A stretch of DNA of 64,000 bases from positions 32,001-96,000 of the IMG/VR virus record IMGVR_UViG_3300024507_000173, one strand, 5' to 3'. This stretch comes from a virus (taxonomy: Duplodnaviria > Caudoviricetes). Under the pieces are notes generated by a model. The model saw only the letters and a program-made list of their open reading frames with translations, was not told the DNA's origin and made no database searches. Made by a program: the position numbers and the translations under genes. Positions 17,891 through 26,676 of this stretch are shown piece after piece (the first letter of the stretch is position 1; each line of letters opens with the position of its first letter).

Positions 17891-18964
17891 ATGGCACGGG
17901 TTTTCCTAGTCGACCTTGAGGCAGTAGAAACTCGTTACACAGGCGAGTGGAAAACCCACCTTCCTGCACTTCTTAAAAAGAGAGGACACGATGTTCAAAT
18001 TATATCTGGCCCTACGGATATTCCTAGTGCAACCACTCCTGGCGCTTTTCTTAATTTTGGTGGCACCAATATATATAAGTCTAGTCAAGTTGAGCAAATG
18101 GGTCGGTTGTTTTGCAATGGATCAGTGGCTCCTAATGATCACTTTATCTTTACTGATGCTTGGCACCCTGGCATCATAAACTTAAAATATATGAGTGAGC
18201 TTTTACAGATTCCTGTAAAAATTCACGCATTGTGGCACGCCGGATCATATGATCCTCAAGATTTCTTAGGTCGACTTATTGGTGACACTCCTTGGGTTAG
18301 ACACTCAGAAAAAGCATTCTATCACGCAATCGATTATAATTGGTTCGCTACAGAATTTCATATCGAAATGTTCTGTAAAAATCTGTTAGGTTATGAAAAC
18401 TCCAACATTGTTAGAGAGTTTGCCAAACATAAAATTATGCGTACAGGTTGGCCAATGGAATATATGGTAGATACCTTAAGTATGTACAGCGAAATGGAAA
18501 AGAAAAACATTATTCTTTTCCCGCATCGTATTGCTCCAGAGAAACAAGTCGATATATTTTATGACTTAAAAGAACAACTTCCTCAATATGAGTTTATTGT
18601 TTGTCAAGAACGTCAACTTACAAAAAACGAATATCATAATATGCTAGGCGAATCTAAACTAGTGTTTAGTGCTAACCTACAAGAAACACTTGGAATTAGT
18701 TGGTACGAAGGTGCTATTACTAAAACTATTCCTATGGTTCCAGACAGACTCAGTTACAGTGAAATGGCATTAAAAGATTTTTCTTATCCTTCAGAGTGGA
18801 CAGAATCTTTTAATTCTTATAGGGCACATAGAGGAGCAATAGTAGATCGAATTGTCCATTATATGGAAAATTACGAATCCTATCTACCTCGCCTAAATAA
18901 ACAGGTAGATCGTTTAACTAAGAATTATTTTAGTTGCGATAATCTCTTAGAGATGCTAAAATAA
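17891..18964 (+). CDS. GT-B fold glycosyltransferase (GT4-like)
   Basis: FTDAWHPG, HAGSYD, FPHRIAPEKQ and LQETLGISWYEG (E-x7-E) motifs, PDRLSY; start at ATG 17891 after GAGG. Confidence 0.75.
   Translation: MARVFLVDLEAVETRYTGEWKTHLPALLKKRGHDVQIISGPTDIPSATTPGAFLNFGGTNIYKSSQVEQMGRLFCNGSVAPNDHFIFTDAWHPGIINLKYMSELLQIPVKIHALWHAGSYDPQDFLGRLIGDTPWVRHSEKAFYHAIDYNWFATEFHIEMFCKNLLGYENSNIVREFAKHKIMRTGWPMEYMVDTLSMYSEMEKKNIILFPHRIAPEKQVDIFYDLKEQLPQYEFIVCQERQLTKNEYHNMLGESKLVFSANLQETLGISWYEGAITKTIPMVPDRLSYSEMALKDFSYPSEWTESFNSYRAHRGAIVDRIVHYMENYESYLPRLNKQVDRLTKNYFSCDNLLEMLK
18934..18962 (+). promoter_or_regulatory. Sigma70-type promoter for folE (extended -10)
   Basis: TTGCGA-17 bp-TAAAAT, preceded by TG. 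Confidence 0.55.
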
Positions 18965-19003
18965 CTTATTATGTCATCCACGACATTAACTCGGAGAATT
19001 TAA

Positions 19004-19753
19004 TTGAAATTAAAAAAACAAGAAACAGCACTAGACGCTATGGCAGGCGATGGTGGCTATGAAGAAGCATACTTAGGCGATCATCTTCGCTTTAAAATGA
19101 AACGCGAAGGCAAACGTTTTTGGGCTGGTGACAATATCAGTGATTATGTCAGCGAAGAAGATAAAGAAATCTTAATTGAAGAAGCAACTGAAGCATTTGA
19201 ACTAGTTCTTGATCGTTTGCTAATCGATCGAGAAACAGATCCTAACTCAAAAGGTACAGCACGTCGACTGGCTAAGATGTACTTCAACGAAATTATGGCA
19301 GGTAGATATGACCCATCACCAAGCGCAACAGCATTTCCAAATGACTCAGAAGATCGCTACGAAGGTATGTTGGTGGTACGTAGTGAGTTGCGCTCTATGT
19401 GCAGTCATCATCATCAGCCCGTTAGTGGTGTCGCTTACATTGGCATCATCGCCGCACAAAAACTTATTGGTTTGTCTAAGTACACTCGTATTGCTCAGTG
19501 GTGCGCTCGTCGCGGTACCTTACAAGAAGAACTAGCCAACGATATTGCTAGAGAAATAGAACGTGCCACTGCTGCATCCGACCTCGGTGTTTACATCCAA
19601 GCCACTCACGGTTGTTGTGAAAACCGTGGTATTATGGCACATAGTTCTTTAACGCAGACTACAGTATTGAAAGGTGCGTTTAAAGATGATCCAGGTACAA
19701 AGAAGGAATTCTTTGATAACATTAAACTACAACAGGAGTTTGCACCGCGATGA
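19004..19753 (+). CDS. folE: GTP cyclohydrolase I
   Basis: SMCSHHH, GLSKYTR, LQEEL and HGCCENRG motifs; TTG start after GGAG. Confidence 0.93.
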   Translation: MKLKKQETALDAMAGDGGYEEAYLGDHLRFKMKREGKRFWAGDNISDYVSEEDKEILIEEATEAFELVLDRLLIDRETDPNSKGTARRLAKMYFNEIMAGRYDPSPSATAFPNDSEDRYEGMLVVRSELRSMCSHHHQPVSGVAYIGIIAAQKLIGLSKYTRIAQWCARRGTLQEELANDIAREIERATAASDLGVYIQATHGCCENRGIMAHSSLTQTTVLKGAFKDDPGTKKEFFDNIKLQQEFAPR

Positions 19754-19968
19754 GTAATTCCGTAGATATGGCTAACGATTTAATTAATCGTGCTAAAAAT
19801 TTAAAGAAGTTTGAAGTAAAACGTATGCTAGAAGATGGCATTCTGTTTAATGGTCCTGTACCTTTTGATATTAAGGGCAAAGACGATTGCTATTGGATTT
19901 ATGCGTATGCAGTTACCCAAGAAGAAGCAGAAGCAACAGTTGATGCTTGGTTAAAGGATCGTGTATGA
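19750..19968 (+). CDS. Hypothetical protein
   Basis: 72 aa, ATGA-coupled. Confidence 0.6.
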   Translation: MSNSVDMANDLINRAKNLKKFEVKRMLEDGILFNGPVPFDIKGKDDCYWIYAYAVTQEEAEATVDAWLKDRV

Positions 19969-20402
19969 AATGGTTTCTTAATCTCTTAGAACGTATGGGT
20001 CGTAAACGTATTGTTATGGATCGTGAAGCTGACGAACCATATTTAGAACGCTACTATCTATTTCTAAAAGATAGAGACCGTTTTCCATTTAACATTTTCC
20101 TACACAAGTTTTTAAAAGGTGATCCAGATGATCTTCACGATCATCCCTGGCCTTATGCCACACTTATTCTAAAAGGTGGTTATTGGGAAACTACTCCAGA
20201 AGGTCGCTTTTGGAGAAGACCTGGACACTTTAGAATTTGTAAGGCAAAAAGTTTTCATCGTGTAGAATTAGAACCGGGCGTAGAATGTTGGACAATCTTT
20301 ATGCCAGGCCCTAAACAACGTGAATGGGGATTTGATGTTAACGGTAAATGGGTACAACACGAACAATATTTAAAAACACGATATGAACAAGCACATAATT
20401 AA
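19965..20402 (+). CDS. Cupin-fold protein
   Basis: LHDHPW...LILKGGYWE...SFHRVEL...WTIFMPG...WGF cupin motifs; start at the ATGA overlap 19965. Confidence 0.72.
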   Translation: MKWFLNLLERMGRKRIVMDREADEPYLERYYLFLKDRDRFPFNIFLHKFLKGDPDDLHDHPWPYATLILKGGYWETTPEGRFWRRPGHFRICKAKSFHRVELEPGVECWTIFMPGPKQREWGFDVNGKWVQHEQYLKTRYEQAHN

Positions 20403-20874
20403 TTTTAATGAATTTACAGTAAACGTTAGTAAAATTTGCCGTAGCTTTGGTACTTGGCGACCTGATTACATTGTAGGACTTACACGGGGAGGTTTGCTCC
20501 CTGCTGTTATGATTAGTCATTGGTTAGATGTGCCAATGCACTCACTCAATGTAAGCCTACGTGATCATACAGCAAGTGAAAGCAATCTATGGATGGCTGA
20601 TGATGCATTTGCAGGTAAACAGATTCTTATTGTAGACGATATTAACGATAGCGGTGCTACACTTAATTGGATTATGGACGATTGGCGTAGCAGTTGCTTT
20701 CCTCACGATGAGCGTTGGGATATGATTTGGAACAATAGTGTACGCTTTGCTGTAATTGTAGATAATCTTGCCAGCGGGTGTAATGTTAAAATGGACTATG
20801 TTGGATTTGAGGTCAATAAGGCAGAAAACGATGTTTGGATAGAATTTCCTTACGAAGATTGGTGGGCAAAATGA
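20383..20874 (+). CDS. Purine phosphoribosyltransferase (Gpt/Hpt-like type I PRTase)
   Basis: IVGLTRGG, PRPP-binding ILIVDDINDSGAT, C-terminal WIEFPYE. Confidence 0.85.
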   Translation: MNKHIINFNEFTVNVSKICRSFGTWRPDYIVGLTRGGLLPAVMISHWLDVPMHSLNVSLRDHTASESNLWMADDAFAGKQILIVDDINDSGATLNWIMDDWRSSCFPHDERWDMIWNNSVRFAVIVDNLASGCNVKMDYVGFEVNKAENDVWIEFPYEDWWAK

Positions 20875-21092
20875 TCGACGCACAGGTTAAGGTACATTGC
20901 ACAGATGCAGGTAAAGATTTTGATATGCACGTTTTAGGTTACAAACCTAAAGCATTTTTAGAAGTTGCTTTTCAAACTTTAAAAATTAAAATGGTATATA
21001 AAGAGAATACTAGAGCGTTTGTTGGTAGCCTAGGTGGGAGAGAATTTGTTATTCGCGAAGATTCTCTACCAAAAGAAAATAAGGGATATTGA
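20871..21092 (+). CDS. Hypothetical protein
   Basis: ATGA-coupled ORF MIDAQVKVHC... Confidence 0.6.
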   Translation: MIDAQVKVHCTDAGKDFDMHVLGYKPKAFLEVAFQTLKIKMVYKENTRAFVGSLGGREFVIREDSLPKENKGY

Positions 21093-21919
21093 TGGGTAGA
21101 ACTTTATTCATTGGAGATAGTCACACAATGGGCTACACTTCAGTTTTGAACAGTAAAGGCGTAGGCAGTTTTAGTCAATGGAACGATAACAACTATGCAG
21201 AAATTTACAGTAAATTAAACAATAAGCCAGTCATTGTTTATGCTATGTCTGGTGCATCAAACAGATTATATACCGATTGGCTTATATCGATGTTTAATTT
21301 GTACGATGACATTGATGAGGTCTTTATTTGTCTAGCATCATTTAATAGATTCATTATAGCATACGACGATATTTCTAAAGAAGATTGTATTCCATCTGAT
21401 TATTTCACTTTCAAGTGCGATTCAGACGATGAAAATATTCATAGATATATGGATGCAATTGTTAGAGAAAAATCAATGCAGCTATTAAACAAGTCAACTT
21501 ACGACGATTACGGAAATTATCCGGGTGTTGAATTTAGTGCTACTGATGGATTAATTGTTCCGGATCTTCGAAAACATACATATATGCAGGTTAAATTGTT
21601 TTTCGAACTTAATACCTATGTAGAAAAAAGAGAATTTTTAAATTGTGTTTACACCTGGGATAATATCTGCGCAGACCACGGAGTGCCTTTACATCTGTTT
21701 AATTTTACAGATAGATTAAAATTTCCAACGCAGTTTGACTATTACGGAAAACTTAAAAATACTAGAATTGCTTCTAAAACAGTTCAATCATTTACAAAGC
21801 AATTAGGGTTTAATCACGAAAATTTTCTTATTGAAGATAAAGAACACTACAATACTAGCTATCACGAATTAGTTGCCAAACATTATATTCCATGGTTAAC
21901 CAGTTTAAAAAAATATTAA
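21092..21919 (+). CDS. SGNH/GDSL-like hydrolase or acyltransferase family protein
   Basis: LFIGDSH block I, AMSGASN block II, C-terminal DKEHY (DxxH). Confidence 0.6.
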   Translation: MGRTLFIGDSHTMGYTSVLNSKGVGSFSQWNDNNYAEIYSKLNNKPVIVYAMSGASNRLYTDWLISMFNLYDDIDEVFICLASFNRFIIAYDDISKEDCIPSDYFTFKCDSDDENIHRYMDAIVREKSMQLLNKSTYDDYGNYPGVEFSATDGLIVPDLRKHTYMQVKLFFELNTYVEKREFLNCVYTWDNICADHGVPLHLFNFTDRLKFPTQFDYYGKLKNTRIASKTVQSFTKQLGFNHENFLIEDKEHYNTSYHELVAKHYIPWLTSLKKY

Positions 21920-22482
21920 TTGCTGGAGATAGTTTTTCAGCAGTTTGGCCTGATTCAAACACAGGCTGGGTTAATCTGTTGGCTAAAGATTACGATGTTA
22001 CTAATTTATCAGAACCTGGAATAAGCGAATACAAAATTCTAAAACAAATAGAAAGTGTAAACACGACATCATTTGATGTTGTGATAGTCAGTCATACAAG
22101 TCCTAGCAGGGTTCATACAAAAAATCATCCTATACAAAAATCAGGATTTAGAAAAAATTGTGACTTAATATATCACGATATCGAAAATCATTTTAATCCT
22201 TTTAACTTTAATCTATTGTCAGCTAAACTATTTTTTAGATATCACTACGACGACGAATATCAAATTGATATCTATAATTTAATTCGAGACAAAATAAACA
22301 ATTTAATAAAAACAAAATATATTAGTATTTCGCATTTAGAGATTGCTGCCGAATTAGCCATAGAAAAATATCATACAGATTTTTCAACTCTTTGGAGCAA
22401 AGAAAGAGGTTACACAAATCATTATACTGACAACGGTAATAAAATTGTATATAATATAATAAAGGAACTTATAGAAAAATGA
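21892..22482 (+). CDS. SGNH/GDSL-like protein
   Basis: IAGDSFS, NLSEPGIS, SHTSPSR, C-terminal NHYTDNGN. Confidence 0.6.
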   Translation: MVNQFKKILIAGDSFSAVWPDSNTGWVNLLAKDYDVTNLSEPGISEYKILKQIESVNTTSFDVVIVSHTSPSRVHTKNHPIQKSGFRKNCDLIYHDIENHFNPFNFNLLSAKLFFRYHYDDEYQIDIYNLIRDKINNLIKTKYISISHLEIAAELAIEKYHTDFSTLWSKERGYTNHYTDNGNKIVYNIIKELIEK

Positions 22483-22871
22483 CCGATATAAACAAAATAT
22501 TTCCCGCCGAGCCTAGTTTTATCGAAGATTCTAAAGCGCCGTGGACAGAACTTATAGAAGAAGATTATCACGTAAAAGTATTTCGTGATATCTATCCGGT
22601 AACAGAGGGTCATCTTTTATTTGTACCTAAATATAATACCGTTGCTGTTCTAATGGATTGTTTTGAAGATGCAGTTAGAGACGGTATTAAGAGAGTACAA
22701 CAAGGCGAATGGGACGGATTTAACATAGGTATGAATTACGGCCCAGCTGCTGGACAAACAGTTCCTTGGCCACACGTTCATCTTATTCCAAGACGTAAAG
22801 GTGATATGGAAGACCCCACAGGAGGTGTTCGTCACGTTATTCCAGAAAAAGGAAACTATCGTAAATGGTAA
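22479..22871 (+). CDS. HIT family nucleotide hydrolase
   Basis: DIYPVTEGHLLFVPK, GFNIGMNYGPAAGQTVPWPHVHLIPRRKGD; the first His of the triad is replaced by W. Confidence 0.88.
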   Translation: MTDINKIFPAEPSFIEDSKAPWTELIEEDYHVKVFRDIYPVTEGHLLFVPKYNTVAVLMDCFEDAVRDGIKRVQQGEWDGFNIGMNYGPAAGQTVPWPHVHLIPRRKGDMEDPTGGVRHVIPEKGNYRKW

Positions 22872-23065
22872 CCATTAATGTTCCGTGGAACGAAAAAACA
22901 AATAATATGCCATTTTGGAATAATGTAACTGCAACTATTGTAGAAAAATTTGGATTGCCAGGAGATAGATATAGAACTGAAGTTAGTACAGAATGTATGA
23001 AATTTCATTTTCATAATGAACACGATGGACTTATGTGCAAGATACTAGTAAGTGAATACATATGA
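22865..23065 (+). CDS. Small hypothetical protein
   Basis: 66 aa, FGLPGDRY...FHFHNEHDGLMC. Confidence 0.6.
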   Translation: MVTINVPWNEKTNNMPFWNNVTATIVEKFGLPGDRYRTEVSTECMKFHFHNEHDGLMCKILVSEYI

Positions 23066-23265
23066 AAAACATTCTTGTTGTAGTTTCAATTTTTGCTATA
23101 TTTTTTATTTTAATTTTAGTAGGTTCTAAGCAACCTCAAACAAGAATATACGATTGCGGAATGGCAGAATGGCATCCGGATATTCCCAATAAAGTTAAAG
23201 AAGAGTGTAGAAAATTACACTACGAGCATTGGAAGAAAGAAAATGACGAAAAAAATAGAATCTAA
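23062..23265 (+). CDS. Small membrane-anchored protein
   Basis: N-terminal TM helix, then YDCGMAEWHPDIP...EEC. Confidence 0.65.
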   Translation: MKNILVVVSIFAIFFILILVGSKQPQTRIYDCGMAEWHPDIPNKVKEECRKLHYEHWKKENDEKNRI

Positions 23266-23461
23266 AAGTTGGACCCTTAATGTTGAAGAAGATCCTGAAA
23301 CAGGAGATTGTATATTACCATTTCCTCCAGACCTATTAAAAGAAGCAGGTTGGAAAGAAGGCGATAATTTAATTTGGATCGATAACGAAGATGGCACTTG
23401 GAGTTTGATCAAAGAAGACTTGACAAATTTTGTAAAAAAAGGTATAATAAACAATGAGTAA
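23243..23461 (+). CDS. AbrB/MazE-like swapped-hairpin protein
   Basis: DCILPFPPDLLKEAGWKEGDNLIW pattern. Confidence 0.65.
   Translation: MTKKIESKSWTLNVEEDPETGDCILPFPPDLLKEAGWKEGDNLIWIDNEDGTWSLIKEDLTNFVKKGIINNE
23420..23448 (+). promoter_or_regulatory. Perfect-consensus sigma70 promoter directly before queE
   Basis: TTGACA(23420-23425)-17 bp-TATAAT(23443-23448); ATG 23454 follows after 5 nt. Confidence 0.82.
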
Positions 23462-24314
23462 AATTAAAATCGCAGAGCTGTTTTACAGCATTCAAGGTGA
23501 AGGCCGCTATATGGGTGTGCCTTCTGTTTTCTTACGTATATTTGGTTGCAACTTCAAGTGTGCCGGGTTTGGTATGCCTAGAGGTGAACTAAGCACAGAG
23601 GCAGATGATATTGTTATTCAACACAAGAGATCTCCTTACGAAAAATACGAAGCATTGCCGTTGGTATCTACAGGTTGTGATAGCTATGCTAGTTGGCATC
23701 CAGAGTTTAAAGACCTAAGTCCAATGCTAACTAGCGATGCTATTGCTGAACGCATTATGGAAATTCTTCCACACAACGAATGGCAGGACGAACACCTAGT
23801 TATCACAGGTGGTGAACCTTTGCTAGGTTGGCAACGTGCCTATCCAGACTTGTTGCGTCATCCCAAGATGACAGGTCTAAAAGAAATTACCTTTGAAACA
23901 AACGGCACCCAAGAACTGTCAGAAAGTTTTAAAGATTATTTGTTAGAATGGACAATGCCTCATCCAGATTACAACAAAGAAATTACATTTAGTGTTAGTG
24001 CTAAATTACCTTGCTCTGGAGAAAAGTGGGAAGATGCTATTCGTCCAGAAATAGTTTGTGATTATCAAAACTGGGGTTATGTATACTTAAAATTTGTAGT
24101 AGCCTCTGAGGAGGATTTGAAAGATGCAGAACGAGCTGTTAAGGAATATCGCGAGGCAGGTTTTACGGGCCCTGTTTATATTATGCCTGTTGGTGGAGTT
24201 GACAGCGTGTATACCCTTAACAATCGTAACGTGGCAGAAATGGCAATGCGAAAAGGATGGCGGTACAGTGATCGACTACAAGTGCCTCTCTTCAAGAACG
24301 AGTGGGGAACCTGA
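23454..24314 (+). CDS. queE: 7-carboxy-7-deazaguanine synthase (radical SAM)
   Basis: ELFYSIQGEG, FLRIFGCNFKC...GCDS, VITGGEP, FETNGT, LKFVV, RYSDRLQ. Confidence 0.9.
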   Translation: MSKIKIAELFYSIQGEGRYMGVPSVFLRIFGCNFKCAGFGMPRGELSTEADDIVIQHKRSPYEKYEALPLVSTGCDSYASWHPEFKDLSPMLTSDAIAERIMEILPHNEWQDEHLVITGGEPLLGWQRAYPDLLRHPKMTGLKEITFETNGTQELSESFKDYLLEWTMPHPDYNKEITFSVSAKLPCSGEKWEDAIRPEIVCDYQNWGYVYLKFVVASEEDLKDAERAVKEYREAGFTGPVYIMPVGGVDSVYTLNNRNVAEMAMRKGWRYSDRLQVPLFKNEWGT

Positions 24315-24487
24315 TGGAGACCAAAACAAGAACAGTAGTACGGACAGTAAGTTATAGAATTATTGCGTTATTGATTACTGCAATTTGGACAGGGTTAAGC
24401 GATGCTGTTCTTATTCATATTATTCTAACAGCGGTACATTATATAATGGAAAGAATTTGGCTTAAGGTGCAATGGGGTAAAAATTAA
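24314..24487 (+). CDS. DUF2061-like small membrane protein
   Basis: METKTRTVVRTVSYRIIA...HYIMERIWLKVQWG. Confidence 0.7.
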   Translation: METKTRTVVRTVSYRIIALLITAIWTGLSDAVLIHIILTAVHYIMERIWLKVQWGKN

Positions 24488-24924
24488 TGAACAAATTTAT
24501 TGAAAAATTACTAGGTATTGATAAAATCAAAGCAGAAGCAGAGGCTGCTGTAAAGGCTGCTGAAGCATCTAAAGAAATTGCCGAAAAGGCTGCAGAGGCT
24601 GCAGAAAAGGCCAAGGAAGCTGAAGAATTGGCTAAACTGAGTCCAAAAGAACGTGCTAATCGTAAAAAAGAACCGTGGGTGGGGGTACTAAATACACACG
24701 TTAACCAAGATAACATTCGCAACGGTTTTTTTGAGCTTGACTGGAACGAGCATTTTGTGTTAAAATTAAAGCAAGAAGGATATGGTGCCGATGGCGATAA
24801 TGACGAGGAAATCGTAGATCGTTGGTTCCGTGAACTTTGTGCAAACGTGGTTGTCGATGGCGACTACGGCGGTCCTGTTAATACAGGTGTTATAGACATA
24901 CAGAGCGTAAAGAAGAACAATTAA
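24487..24924 (+). CDS. Hypothetical protein with an Ala/Glu/Lys helical N-terminus
   Basis: 145 aa; GFFELDWN...EEIVDRWF core. Confidence 0.7.
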   Translation: MNKFIEKLLGIDKIKAEAEAAVKAAEASKEIAEKAAEAAEKAKEAEELAKLSPKERANRKKEPWVGVLNTHVNQDNIRNGFFELDWNEHFVLKLKQEGYGADGDNDEEIVDRWFRELCANVVVDGDYGGPVNTGVIDIQSVKKNN

Positions 24925-25934
24925 TGGCTTATATTTTAGTTGATACTGCGAATACTTTTTTTCGCGCACGACACGTAATCAACGGCGATGCTGATATTAA
25001 ACTCGGTATGGCTTTTCATATTACTTTAAATTCAATCCGTAAAGCGTGGCAACAATTCCAAGGTCATCACGTTATCTTCTGTTTAGAAGGTCGCAGCTGG
25101 CGAAAAGACTATTATGCTCCGTATAAGCGTAATCGTCAAGAAACCCGTGCTGCCTTGAACGAACGTGAGCAAGAAGAAGATAAACTGTTTTGGGAAGCAT
25201 TTGATACCTTTAAAGAGTTTATCAAAGATAAGACTAACTGCACAGTTATGCAACATCCGCAACTAGAAGCAGATGATCTTATTGCAGGCTGGATCCAAAG
25301 TCATCCGCAGGATCAACACGTGATCATTTCAACAGACAGTGATTTTGCACAGTTAATTGCGCCCAATGTGAAACAATATAACGGTGTAATGGAAACAACT
25401 ATTACACACGAAGGATTCTTTGATGACAAAGGCAAATCAATTATTGACAAAAAAACTAAAGAACCAAAAGCGGCGCCCAACCCAGAATGGCTCTTGTTTG
25501 AAAAATGTATGCGTGGTGATACCAGTGATAATGTCTTCTCAGCGTATCCAGGTGTGCGTACTAAAGGCACAAAAAACAAAGTGGGTCTTACAGAAGCGTT
25601 CGAAGATCGTAAAAGCAAAGGATTTGCGTGGAACAATCTCATGCTTCAGAGATGGACTGACCACGAAGGTGTAGAGCATCGTGTATTAGAAGATTACGAG
25701 CGTAATCGCAGATTGATCGACTTATCTCATCAACCAGACCATATTAAAGAAATTATTGCCACAACTATTGCAGAGGCCGTCTCTGCAAATAAGGATGTTA
25801 CACAAGTCGGTATTAGATTAATGAAATTCTGTAATACTTGGGATCTAAAAAAGATTTCAGAACAGGCTCAGTCTTACGCAGAACCATTAAATGCCAAATA
25901 CAGTAGTAATCAAAGAGAAACAATGTCCCTATGA
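24924..25934 (+). CDS. rnh: T4-type RNase H / 5'-3' exonuclease (FEN family)
   Basis: ILVD, SWRKDYYAPYKRNR, LEADDLIA, IISTDSDFAQL, MRGDTSDNV. Confidence 0.9.
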   Translation: MAYILVDTANTFFRARHVINGDADIKLGMAFHITLNSIRKAWQQFQGHHVIFCLEGRSWRKDYYAPYKRNRQETRAALNEREQEEDKLFWEAFDTFKEFIKDKTNCTVMQHPQLEADDLIAGWIQSHPQDQHVIISTDSDFAQLIAPNVKQYNGVMETTITHEGFFDDKGKSIIDKKTKEPKAAPNPEWLLFEKCMRGDTSDNVFSAYPGVRTKGTKNKVGLTEAFEDRKSKGFAWNNLMLQRWTDHEGVEHRVLEDYERNRRLIDLSHQPDHIKEIIATTIAEAVSANKDVTQVGIRLMKFCNTWDLKKISEQAQSYAEPLNAKYSSNQRETMSL

Positions 25935-25960
25935 TAACAAATAGTTTGACGGAGGAAATT

Positions 25961-26437
25961 ATGACAGAGTTACACGCTAAAGCCATCATTGCAGATAAAT
26001 TTTGGATCGTAGAACAAGACGGAGAAAAGGTCGCGACGTTGAGAAAAAACGAAGACGATCGATATGTAATGAGTAACGAATCCGGAATAAAGATTTACGA
26101 AACAAAAGAAAGTCTAACAAAAGAATTTGGTAAGACATTCTTTACAGTTAAAATTGTTAAAGAATCTCACAACGCCTTGCCTAATGAGGTTCACGGTTAT
26201 CCTACAAGTACAGAACCGCATAATGCTATGTTTGATATTCGAAAAAAACTTCCGCTATTTACAAAGAGTGGAGATAGTAAAAGTTTGTATTGTGCAGGAT
26301 ATTACACTATTAAATTTGATAAAGGATGGGTTAAGAGTTTTTGTCCTAAAAAAATTACTCTTGAACGTTATCCTTTTAAAGGACCTTTTAAAACTGAGAT
26401 TGAAATGAAACAGGTGTTGTCTAATGTCTCAAAATAA
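25961..26437 (+). CDS. Hypothetical phage protein
   Basis: GGAGG SD before ATG 25961; SLYCAGYY...FCPK...GPFKT. Confidence 0.7.
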   Translation: MTELHAKAIIADKFWIVEQDGEKVATLRKNEDDRYVMSNESGIKIYETKESLTKEFGKTFFTVKIVKESHNALPNEVHGYPTSTEPHNAMFDIRKKLPLFTKSGDSKSLYCAGYYTIKFDKGWVKSFCPKKITLERYPFKGPFKTEIEMKQVLSNVSK

Positions 26438-26672
26438 TCTTCCTACTACACTACCAACTATTGAAAAGTTAATTCAACGAATTTCCATAGCTGAAAAAAG
26501 CCAGCAAAAAGAAATAAGAATTACCATACAAGAAGCTCGCGATCTTACTTCTGAGTTAGCCGTCCTAACATCAAAGTTAGGTAAAACTGTTACTGAAATA
26601 CACCAATTATTATCTGAAATCAAACAAGCATCTACCCAAATTGATGTTAAGTTTGATGGTGGAACATTTTAA
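26424..26672 (+). CDS. Small coiled-coil hypothetical protein
   Basis: 82 aa ending DGGTF. Confidence 0.65.
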   Translation: MSQNNLPTTLPTIEKLIQRISIAEKSQQKEIRITIQEARDLTSELAVLTSKLGKTVTEIHQLLSEIKQASTQIDVKFDGGTF

Positions 26673-26676
26673 AAGG

